A DNA stretch of 64,000 nt from Enoplolaimus lenunculus (taxonomy: Eukaryota): the NCBI GenBank assembly GCA_030248215.1, contig JASANG010000295.1:248001-312000 (forward strand), in the 5' to 3' direction. The stretch's first letter is position 1; each line of letters begins with the position of its first letter. The position numbers and the translations under genes were made by a program. The notes beneath the pieces were generated by a model that ran no database searches, was not told where the DNA came from, and worked only from the letters and a program-made list of their open reading frames with translations. Of the stretch, positions 53,201 to 64,000 are shown one piece after another.

Positions 53201-56200
53201 TAAAACCTAAATATAAATACGACAGTTATTGGCTTTCCATAATTAAGATGCCTTTGCCAAAGAACGTTTATATATCGTTCATTAATTTTCGATTGCTTAA
53301 ATGTTAGTAACTCATTTCCTCTCTCTCTTTCTCTCTCAGTGTTATATTTAGAGTATCAAGATACGAAGCAGATCGTAAACGGCGAAACCATTACTGCTAC
53401 AAAGATGTAAACTAGTTATCACCGTCCTGTTAAAACTGAAAGTTTAACTTCTTTTCAACCCTCTAGGTGACTGTGCTACTCTTAAACCATATTTCAATCT
53501 AAAAACTAAAACAACTACAATCATTTCCCAAACCACGCCTTTAAGTGAGTCCCTGGCTCCACGTAGTCTCTCTTATAACTTAAGTTAGAGTTAGGCGTGG
53601 CGTTAAGGCGTAAAAGTATAGAATCGGGTTATGGCGGCTGTGTCCGCAATGTCGAACTTGCCTAGGCCCTGCGTGGCCATTGAATAATATTTTGTTGTAA
53701 TGTTGGCCGTATTTGCGATTAACGAAATAGCTAGGCTATGTCAGCACCCTATTTGTGTCTTATTGTTGTTATTGTTGAAACGAGCAGTAGTGTGTCTGGA
53801 TCTAGTATGTGTAGGCTGACGGACTCACACAACTTAATTTTGGATTCATAGAGTTGGTTGCTATTTTCAAAAACTGTTTTATTATTGGTTTTATGGAATG
53901 CAGTGGGATTTGTGCGTTTTTCGTGGTTCTTATTTTTGAGACGGCCTGGAGGCCGTCTCTATTAAAAGCAGTTGATGTTTCGGGGTGTAAATTTTACCAA
54001 ATTTGTAAAATGGAAAAAATACTAATTCCCACTTTTTAATAAAGTTTCGGTTTTCTAGGGTAAATAAAACCTGTATAAATTATGCTTTGCAACAATATGA
54101 AAAAGAACTGAATTTTTTCGAGGGATCGTTCACAAGTGACCCCCTTAAATTTGCCCTATTTGCCCCCCTGATATCGAAAAACCTATTTTTGATCCTAATG
54201 TGTAAAACTTCTTAAATATAATTTGCATATATACTCTATGCGTAACACAACACGTGTTACGTATTAATTTGTATAGTGTGATTAATTCGGTGTATACGGA
54301 TTATAGTATAATTTATAAATAGATCACCACCATTTTCGCACTGTGTCGCCGAGTGGATAAGGCGCTGGCCTGTCAAGCCGAACGTCATGGGGTCGTAGTT
54401 TTCGAATGGCGATTGTCATATTTTTGCATACTTTGGTTTTTGATTTTTTTATATCAGATGCATTCAAGTTGGTCTTAATTCAAGCCCGTGGCCAGCTTAA
54501 CATTCCGTTTTCGTAGAGGGTTCAAAAAATTTGGAAGGCCACAGAGGACTTCCCATGACTTTATACGACCGGTGTTTAATTTTTTTTGCTACGGGTACAG
54601 TTTTCAAACTCCTCTCTGACTGCGGGCTAAAGTGAACATTTTATACAAATCACGCATTTTAACTGGCAGAAGAAGTGTAAATTTAAATTTTGCAATCGTT
54701 GCCTCACAAGAATAACAGACCTACAAAAGAGTCGCAAAAACCAATTTAAAACGCTTAATTTATATAAGCACAATATTGATTATTAATGCTGCAGGATCAA
54801 AAGTCATGGTTCGAATAAAAAATTATCGCTTACAGGAACCGTGTTGTGGAATATAATTAAACGACAACAACTTCATAGTAAAAAAGTTTCAGATGGAGAA
54901 ACGTCATTTAGGTGCATTCTAGCTGACTTCCATCTTCAGTGACATAAATGGAGAATCGCTAAATGCTTATTGCTTAATGGTTTGTGCGAACTGCGCAATT
55001 TTTAGTAGGTAATTGTTGATGCTAATTCCAATAGATTTTTAATAAAAGTATGGAATAGATTAAAGAATTGAAGTTTTATGTGTTTACCCCGTCTCCATTG
55101 CCACTTTTAGAGGCTGCTTGTTAAAATTATAACTAGCTTATACCTGAAGTATCGTTGTACAACAACGCCAACGGATGTTGTGTATTGATTAAAAATTGTG
55201 AATTACGTCCAGGATGGTCACAGTCGTGAATTGCAGCTGCAATTAGCGCTGCCGCGCCGTCCAACCCGCTAAGTAAGCTGCTTACTTTGGGTAATTTCAA
55301 CAGATATGCCATTGCCTTAAAATTAAAAAATAAAACTTTGTTAATTCTATTGAATTTTGTTGGGACGTCCCAAACGGCAATTGCTGTTCGTGGCAAAACA
55401 GAATTATCAATGCATAACATTGTATTCGATTAAACATTACAGCACACGCTCACACATCTTCGTTTGTATACTATATAAACATTGTTTAAAATTTAAACTT
55501 TGCAAATATGATTAAGCCAAATAATTATTGCGCAAGATAGTTTTCTCGAACGTAGTCAAGCCTGAACAACCAATCAAAACAAGTTTGTATTCCAGCAGTT
55601 GTTTGGGCTGCTCAGAAAAGCAATTATCGTTTGGGACGTCCCACTTGTAACTGGGGCAAATAGCTGTTTGGGGCACGACATACGCACCTAACTGTAATTG
55701 AAGTGATATCTGTTAATCAAAACGAAAACAATAAACAAGAATGCGACAGCTCTGTAAATTTGATAGTTAGATAACTTTTCAAAATTCTGTTCACTTTTAA
55801 TAACTCCATTGTATACACAGGAATTTGCTTTGAAATGAATAAGGAAATGGAATGTTTTCAGATACACACAGAATCAACTAACTAAAACTGATTGTGATAT
55901 TTGCAACGCCAACATTTCAGTCCTAATGCAATTTATGTACTAGTATCTTCACAACAGTTTGGGTGGCGCTATACCAGTGCGGCTCGGTTAGTCGCCGAAC
56001 GGCATGAACGGCGGCGTATGTCAAAAAGATTTTGCTAGCAATTTGATATGCTGTGCCATGCTGCAGTGGTGTCAGAGAGCACAGGACGGTACGCATATCA
56101 ACGGACGGTGACGGACGGCGTCGGACGTTATCTAAAGTATAGCGCCACCCTTTGTCTTTTCATTTATTTGCTTGCAATTCTACGCACAAAAATAATGGCT

Positions 56201-59200
56201 TGAATGACTCACAAATTCTATTCACACTGTAGACTTTTTAATTGTATTAATATAGCTTGGTTTTACGCATGGTCCAGGCTCTTACAATTAACAATTAAAC
56301 ATTACGGCTGTGAATAGAAAATAGACAACTTACTTGCATCACATCGGCAGAATGTGTACTGGTATGATATGAATTTTCATGGTTATGATAGTTATCTTCG
56401 ATCACCGAACACCAGTTAAACCAAAGCTCGTCAGCGTTTTGAGGTGGTATTTGTAAAATTTCACTCAACTTAAATCGACGAGCAATTTCGACTCCGACTA
56501 CGCGCAGCACACGTCCTTTGCTCATCGCTCGTTCAATAGCAAAAATATCAAATGTCCACTCGCAAATTTGACTCAATTTTGCCTCAATTTGGTCACTTGT
56601 TAAAATATCACTGCCCGCTGGGCTGGGCACGGCTTGAACGCTCCGCTTGTTAGACGTCGCTGGCAATTGGTTGGCTCCATCGGCGCATTGAGAATCAAGC
56701 AATTCTTGAAACGACGGCGAGCGAGTTCGAATTAGAGTATTTGCTTTTTTTGAATGGATGCGTCCCGAGACTGGATCAATTTCAAGTCTATTCGCATCAC
56801 CTCCGCTACTTGGCGATATAGCACAACGTTCGACTAAATCTGGATTTGCTATTCGTGACGATAATTCTGGACTGTGTACCGTTGAATACGGACTCGCCGA
56901 CCCGTGTTGGACGTAAAATCGGAAAATGTCTTTCGACGTTTCACTTTCGCGTTCTGGAAGGCGTGGGAGTGTCTGCAAACGAAAACCATATATACATATA
57001 ATGTGTTCTGAAACATCTATATCTGGCTTCTCCACAGCTTGAAAATTTCCGCCGGGGGGCGTTTCCTGGGCCCCTCAGGAGTTTCCTGGTGGGCAGCTAA
57101 TTTTGCTGGGGGCAGTTTTCCTGGTGGGGGCAGATGATCTGGGGGGTCCTGGGGGGCAGGCTTAAAATTTTGCAAGCCGAGTTTTTGGACCATTTTTTTC
57201 TTCTAGATCGTGTTTCCAACAACTCATCGCTCAACATGACAAAAATTCCCCGCAAACGCTAATAACAATAATTTTAACTAATATTACTGACAATTTTACC
57301 AGAAGTTGAAAGAAGCACAATTATATAAAATATAGATAATCTATAATTGAAACTGTGATTAACATATATTTTATATATTAGTCACAGCTTCAGTTTATCA
57401 TAAGGCTCAGGCGGGTTGAACTTGTTGCTGCAAGGTACTTTCGTATGCTGTATGCCCTGAAACGGTCTTTATATAATTGTGCTTTTTTCAGTTCATTATT
57501 GAATTGTACTAGTTACTACCGGTATTTGTAACGCTGTTAAAAAATTATGAGTACTCAGCGTAATATAAAATCACATTTTGCCGAAGGCAAAAATAGTCCA
57601 GGTCTTTATATTTTAACATTGAAAATTTTTGGCTTAGAAAAGTCCTGGGGGCCCCCAGCAAAAAAATTTGCTGGGGGGCGGCCGAAAATTCGCCGGGGGG
57701 CCTTTACGGGGGGCGGCAAAATTTTCGCCGGGGGGAATGAAACTTTCGAAAAGTGCTGGGGGGACCCCCCGCTGTGGAGAAGCCAGTATATTTCCCAGTT
57801 GCCTTCTGGATTGTAATTACCGCCACTGCTCCGAGGCTAGCATCTGCCCGCCCTCTAGGAACGTCTTCCTGAAATCTGCCCTTCTAACCCTTCAGATGCT
57901 ATAAGTATTGAATATATAATACTAGTTGAAAGTTAATGTTTGACAGGATATATATGATTGGACTATTTGTGCCGAAAACAAGACCTCTGTGGCCGACATT
58001 GGGGCCTTACTGAATAAAAAAGGCTCCACTGGACCAGGTGGTACGTCAGTGACTCATTCGAAGCGTCCATTAAATCTTACAACAAATATAGAAACATGTA
58101 AAAATAAAACATGTTGTTTGTTGCAACAGTATTATAGCTTGACACTTTATTGTGTAATGCTGGTAGTTTTATAGAGTGTCCTGCACTATAATTGATATTT
58201 AGACAGTCCACTTGCCAAATGTGACAAATAGTTGCTTATGATACCACAGGTCGCTAAACATAATAGTGTTCAAAATTTCCTTGCGATAACTTTCATAAAT
58301 AGTCTAATTTACAATGGGCCATTTCTGAGCTAATGGTAGTGTAAATATCAATCTCCCTGAGTTGATTTAATCCGGCATTGCAATTTAGAGTGAGTTAGTT
58401 GACTTTTTGTCGATTTTTGCCAGAAACATGGGAAACTTAGGTTGAAAAAAACGGTCCATGCAAAGATCACGGGCGGAACGTTTTTCTGAATGACTGCAAT
58501 AGAGTAAGCTTAAGCTTTAGACTAAATTTCTTCCTTGGCTTCGGCTTAGGTTTACGCTTAGGCTTAGGAATATGCTCATTCTTACGCATAGGCTTAGGCT
58601 TAGGCTTTGGAATATGCATATAGTACTGTTCCGCCACTGTTATTTACATTGGCCAAAAAACGCATACTTAAAATATTTTAAAGCCAAAACTTTGGTACCT
58701 TATACAAGTCCATAGAAGTTAGCATTTTAATAACTTCATCGAGTACTGAAGTTGCAATTGAATTTGAGGCGCATTCGTTTTGAACAATGTGTAGCAAATC
58801 TAACACACGTTGTATTGGCGGTTCCATTCGACGTAACAAAGGGTGTAACGCTTTTCGCGTTTCTGAATGACCGGACGATGACGATGCCATAGCTACAAAA
58901 ATTGATTTTTAGACCGATGCGTCAAAGGTCCTTAGCACATTTTGGTCCGTGTACTTTTAGGATCGGACCGTTGTTCCGCAAAACTGCAATGGAGTAAGCT
59001 TATTAAGCTTTAGACTAATTTCTTTGGTTAAGCTTAGACTTACGAACATGTTTATACTCTTGTTATATCCATAATCTACATATGAGCCCAGATTTCCTAC
59101 GAAATTACTTGTGTTTCTGTTCTGAATTACAATTTTGTTTAATTTAATTGTATCTATACTTTTGATATTTCTATGGTCAGGGTGGTAATTTTTTGCTATT

Positions 59201-62200
59201 TGGCAGATTGGGTGCAGTGTTCGCCGCCTATCACCGCCCTTTCAAGTTGTACTTGCAGCAGAGTGCATAGAGCTCAAGGCACAGGTCTCGTAAACATTAC
59301 GGCCCATATCTTAATTAGCTGTGATTTTATTTCTATATATTGTTCAGATTTGGTTAGTACTACTTTTGTATCAACGTGTGCGCTACACAGAAATGGGCAA
59401 AAAGCTAGTTTAAAGTGACACATAGATCAACAGTGCACTGAACGCCTAAAACCTACAATTTCATTTTTTTCCAATCGTTTGTTTCAAGAGGTGCGCACGA
59501 CTGGCAGGCGTGCCACATAAACCGGGTTTTTCTTAAATAGCGCAATGCACAAACTTGTCGGAGTGACTTACAAAATCTATGAGTTTGGGGCGAATTGTAG
59601 AATTAAGTTGAGCAGATTAGGTCCTTAAAGGTTGAAAAACCCTGAACCAAGAGTTTGCTTACATGCTGTTGAGCGTGAATATTTAGCACCAGATTTTGTT
59701 GCAGTGATCGGTGACCGGACGTGGACCAGCTGTGATACACTTGAGTCTTCATATGGTTGAGCAACTGGCAGTAGCTTCCACGCGACAAATTCTTCGTGCG
59801 ATCGATATTTGCGCAGATTTGCTGTTGACCGCGATACTAGTGATGTGCTTTGAGTTCCGCGAAGGTTGGACCCTACACAAAAGTAGCAAACATGTTGTAT
59901 ACTAGCTACCCAGTGAATCCATCATTCTTAGACTAAGCAAATGCGATTACATATCTAATTAATTGGGTAAACATCCATAACAAGGCCCATATTCTCAAAT
60001 GTGCCTATAGCAACTATCACCAATTAGCGATAGTTTTTCAAACTGAACAAACTGCTGCAACTGTGGATGGCAAGATTGGTATAAAAATATAGGACAAGTC
60101 AAATGCAAAAAATGTGCTGAATTTCGAACCTCACCATTCACTAGTTCGAAAGTTACAAAACCGAGCATCAGCTGGTAATAGGTTCTATACGCCTGTGAGA
60201 CAGGCCCAGAGCGTAGATAATGTATACTTCAACAAGAATACTCAATTTGGAACATTATGTGTGCAAAAGAATGTACACGGCACTCGTTGTGTTTTTGGCC
60301 TACCCCCTCCTCTATTTGGACGTGGAACAACCTGTGCGAACCATGACTCTTTATGTACCCGGCATCAAACTTGCTCCGCTTAATTTAATTTAAGGTTATT
60401 GCATAAGACAGCGGCCCCCTTTGAAAAAAGGGAATCGGCTAAAAACGAAACGTCCGCTGGTACATTTTGTACCACGCGGAACTCCAAGTGTTGCACATTC
60501 TTGTATCATGCACTTTTGGTGTTATATACTGGTAATCAAAAAATCAGTGGACTTACTACTTTGACAGTCGTATTCGCCTTCGTTTCTGTGCGGTTGATGG
60601 TCCAAATGACTATGGTTTGAACGTGTGTATGTTGATACCCGCGAAAGATAGCTTGGATCAGAAGCTTTGCCCAATAACTGAAAAACAAAATGTAGTTATG
60701 CCTCAATAATACGATTTGTGCTCACCGGATACGTTCTCTAGCTCAGATAGCTGCTTCACTCACCTCGGAACAAACTGAAACACACAACGCTATTTCGGCA
60801 ATATATGACAACATGTAAAAAACAAACCAATCTTCCATTATATATGTTTATATATATATATCAGAGTGCAACCGGAGGTCTGCGTTGGCTCCAGCAAAAA
60901 ATTTACTTCCGGCTCCTATAGAATTTATGCCGGAGGTTTCGGCGATTTCGGTAGTAAAATTTTGCAAAGTTTTACAACATTTATTTGTTTGGCGCGTTTC
61001 CTTTCAACTTTTGGCACAATTCTGAGAGAAAATTGCCGAAGTTTCGAAAAAAAATAAGCGTAATGCCATACGATTTACGGATACATACTGTTGTGACCCA
61101 AATAAGAGGTGGGACTGAAATTTATTTGGCCTCTCCAGATGGTACCCCCCCCTTCGTATTCGGTTACGGACTGTTATTTATTTTCAACCCACGCTCCGCC
61201 GCTCTTCGTTACAGATATATATCTGGTACTGCAATTATCCATTGAATTAAACGTTTATTTGTCTTGTGTCAATAGCTTGAGCGATAATACAAGGTTATAC
61301 TTAGGAATGTACTTTCAAAATTTAAGTACGCTTTAAAGTTTCGAACTCAAATTATTTGGTCATGGAGTTATTTAGGCGCTACAATTTCGGGTTAATTGAC
61401 ATTTATGGACTCTAATTAAGGTTTAGGGACTGTATCCGCTCACGGACTCTTATTAGGGATGCAGACTCCTATTGGTTCGGACTCAAAATGGAGACTTCCC
61501 CCCTCTCATTACCCTCCTCTTATTCCGGTCAATACAGTAGTAGATTATTTGTTAAAATTAACAAATTAAACATTACTTGAAGTACCTAATTTCGCGTCAC
61601 CCGAGCTTCACATCCGTCACCGACTCCGGCAAGTTTTGTTAACTTCCGGCTCCGGCGCCGGTACTTTTCACCTCCGGTTGCACTCTGATGTATATATAAT
61701 ATTTTTAAGCAATAGTGATATTTGAGTAAAATCTTTCAAGCCACTTTTATTTTACAAAAAAGTTTACAGGCTTGTTTTGGTGTAATCGAAACAAAAGCAA
61801 AATTGTGATATATGAAATAATTGTGAGCAAATCTTCTTTATTAGCAAAATATTATATTTTAATTTGGAAAAATGTCTTATTAATCTGATATTGTAACGTC
61901 AAAACTAAAGTAAGGCCAAATTATTACCGAATACTTCGTAAACATAGGCTTGACTACTTTAGATGGTGAAAACCACTTATGATGCATACAAAAGCAATAA
62001 TACCTTACTTCGTTACGGTGTCTTCCCGATACTCGTTCATATGCACGATTAACAAATTGGATTTGCCGATTGCCGTCTGTAATTTCGATGGCTTGCCGGC
62101 AATGAGCATCCAATGCTGCCAATGGACCTTTACAACCGCGGAGTTTTAAATTTAAACAAATTTCACTCGCTTCAATAGAGTCAATATCTACGAGCAAATC

Positions 62201-63871
62201 CGCAGTGGTTTCATAACGTTTCGCAATCAAAATACGATTAAAACCAGCTGACAGCAATCGAGCAATCGGTGAACACGTGGCGACACTAGGTTGGAAAGAA
62301 TCTGACCAGGATTTGAGTTGATTTGAAGAAATAACCGCAGCCAGTGTAACAAATTCACCTTCAGGACGAGATCGAATTTTATTGGCTAACTGCACACAAC
62401 GATCGACCGATGATAACGGTTTTGCTGTCGCCGAGTCTTCATTTTCATTGGCCAGCTCGCATTGCGGCATTGGAATTAGTGGATTTGCAGCTGTTGCGTT
62501 ACAGTCGACAAATATTAGACTTGCTGATTGCTTTTTCAGATTACACAAAAGCTCTGAGTCAGTATGAGCACGATGTAAGCTCCAGTGTTGGCGTTGGCTA
62601 AATGCTTGAGCTAGTAATGTTGAAAATCGGCTTGGTAATGCACAGTTCTTAACGCTGGTATGGGACGAAGCCGATTTGACAGGAGCTAAACTTCCCAGCG
62701 ACCCAGTTTCGCACGAGGCTGTTGTTGAATTTATTTTTTCGGTTCCATGAAATGCTGGACTGTAATGCCCGCTGCCAAAACGTGAAGTTTTCTGCGTGTC
62801 AGCAATAGTAATCACCAAAGCACGGTGATGTTTTGGTCGTTGGAGCAATAGCGGTCCGTAGCGCATTTGAGACTTTGACGTTGTTACCGTAGGTGCTGTC
62901 ACACATTGATGATGATAATGGGAATGTCGGTGAGAAGTACTAGAGCATGGTTCACTGTGTCTGTTGGTGCATATAGTTGGCGATTTGTGTGGCGTACATT
63001 GCTGTCCGGCCGTTCGACATCTTGCGGACCCCATTGGGGTTTTGGGGGAACCTACTGAAGGGGATCCAGACGTCGAAGGACTATTGGTATCGTAAGCGAG
63101 GCGCCCGTGATATTCGGCAAGATGGCACGAGCGCGTTGGCAAGCGCTCGCTAAGGGAGCTCGTCATAAGGTGGTGCTTGCTACCGCTAGGTGCAGGACTT
63201 GGAAATTGCTTGCTTTGCTGCAGTTTATCTCGTTGGTTAGATCCATATGATGATAAGGTGGTGGTTGTACATTTAGCCAGATTCGTTGTGGCTTTTAGCA
63301 ATTTTGGCAATTGGCTTGACAAATTTTTAGGGCTGGCATTTTGTTTTTGTTGGGACTTCGGAGGGCACTTTTGGCCGCGATCAAGGCCAATATAAGCTGA
63401 TGTCACAGGTCCACGTTGAGTTCGGTTTGCTCTAGTTGGTGCGTCTTGAGCAGTTTGACTTGTGCGGTCCGGGTTTGTTGATCGGACGGCGCGTGCTCCA
63501 GTGGACCCGAACTGCTGATTAACACTGTCTTTATTAATTTTGCGGCAAATTTTTAGTCGTTGTTCAATACTCGATGACGAAGTTTCTTCTGTTGCCCTAG
63601 TCTCAGCAGAATTCTGACCCGTTTTAGGTGAATTGATTTGCCGAGAAGTACCACTACACGCTAATGTTTCACGTTGCTGAATGACGGTTTCTGGGCTGGA
63701 ATTTCGCTTCCTTTGCGGTGGCGGGTTTGGTGAGCGTAACAATGAGAAAAACGGTATCCGGCAGATGTTAATACTTCGCGCAGTTGAACGATTGCTTGAG
63801 GTAGGTATTAATTGTTGATTATGCTGTGTTAATGAGTTAGATGCAGTGTGTTTAGTTCGCGCTTGGCGCAT
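50278..63871 (-). CDS. PDE8: Class I cyclic nucleotide phosphodiesterase of the PDE8 type (REC-like, PAS, catalytic)
   Basis: Exons 63871-62009, 60677-60557, 59872-59663, 58892-58699, 56972-56334, 55315-55144, 52999-52845, 52484-52329, 51897-51778, 50526-50278. REC-like LLSAGFNR; PAS AIEITD..IQFVNRAYERVSG..ELLGK; MEPPIQRVLDLL; catalytic YHTSTHSADV, IHDCDHPGRN, LYNDTSVLENHH, ATDMSQHF, KAADISNPAR and the invariant Gln in PETQ. The ATG is directly preceded by AG, so upstream exons may exist beyond the window. Confidence 0.92.
50652..51090. mobile_element. MITE with TACTGT...ACAGTA ends (free copy of the element nested at 61086-61539)
   Basis: Termini TACTGTAGTGACCCGAATAAGAGG / CTCTCATTCGAGCCCATACAGTA; the internal sequence matches 61086-61539 in opposite orientation. 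Confidence 0.75.
52137..52310. mobile_element. MITE with internal (CCTAAG)n repeats (representative copy)
   Basis: 19-bp TIR TGTATAGAACAGGGCCGGA / TCCGGCCCTGTTCTATACA. Related copies at about 1291-1453, 10610-10680, 20690-20870, 45896-46063, 58457-58652 and others. Confidence 0.8.
54338..54418 (+). pseudogene. Degenerate tRNA-like fragment in a PDE8 intron
   Basis: GCCGAGTGGATAAGGCG D-arm, TGGC-CTGTCAA-GCCG anticodon-like hairpin and a decayed TTCGAAT. Confidence 0.45.
55961..56150. mobile_element. Short MITE (PIF/Harbinger-like termini)
   Basis: Perfect 14-bp TIR GGGTGGCGCTATAC / GTATAGCGCCACCC with TTT on both sides and internal GACGG repeats. Confidence 0.7.
57023..57786. mobile_element. 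Non-autonomous DNA transposon with G-rich subtermini
   Basis: Perfect 16-bp TIR CTGGCTTCTCCACAGC / GCTGTGGAGAAGCCAG with TATAT on both sides. About 400 bp of the interior recurs nearly identically at about 32419-32840. Confidence 0.8.
60862..61687. mobile_element. CAG(G/A)GTGCAACCGG-TIR MITE carrying a nested second MITE (61086-61539)
   Basis: TIR CAGAGTGCAACCGGAGG / CCTCCGGTTGCACTCTG in TA-rich flanks. Relatives at about 37810-38150, 43602-43938, 45498-45843, 46150-46361, 51330-51655. Confidence 0.8.
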
Positions 63872-64000
63872 CTAATTTCAAACTCTTGAACGATTTGCTT
63901 CATATGCGTAGAACAGATCCTAAGCACTAAGTGTGAGTCTATGTCTAAGCCTCACTCTAAGATGATATACGCTTAACCGAAGACATCAGGCCTGGAACTT

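Noticed and set aside
57985..58075. Extra PDE8 exon
   Set aside because: Its phase is incompatible with the phase-0 donor at 58699, which already joins cleanly to 56972.

Overview
AT-rich eukaryotic (animal) genomic DNA with GT-AG spliced genes and dense small repeats. The compact, MITE-rich style suggests an invertebrate chordate such as an ascidian (inference only). All gene models were built by hand from splice sites, and protein identities come from remembered human sequences and motifs; no searches were run. Minus strand: MLH3 (497-13910), RNF170 (18379-20468), MRPL14 (22474-26032) with a C1orf53/DUF5522-like exon inside its first intron (23341-23740), and a PDE8-type phosphodiesterase (50278-63871). 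Plus strand: ANKRD13C (33423-40151), followed by an unrecognised intronless 628-aa ORF (40427-42313). Best leads: (1) the ANKRD13C stop is TGA-CTA, and a perfect splice donor 8 nt later joins it in frame to the 628-aa ORF, a candidate splicing-dependent stop-codon readthrough fusion of about 1087 aa; (2) MRPL14 and the C1orf53-like protein can share one leader exon by alternative splicing; (3) MLH3 keeps its endonuclease motifs but has lost key ATPase residues; (4) a 2.7-kb cluster of tRNA-headed, structured tandem repeats.
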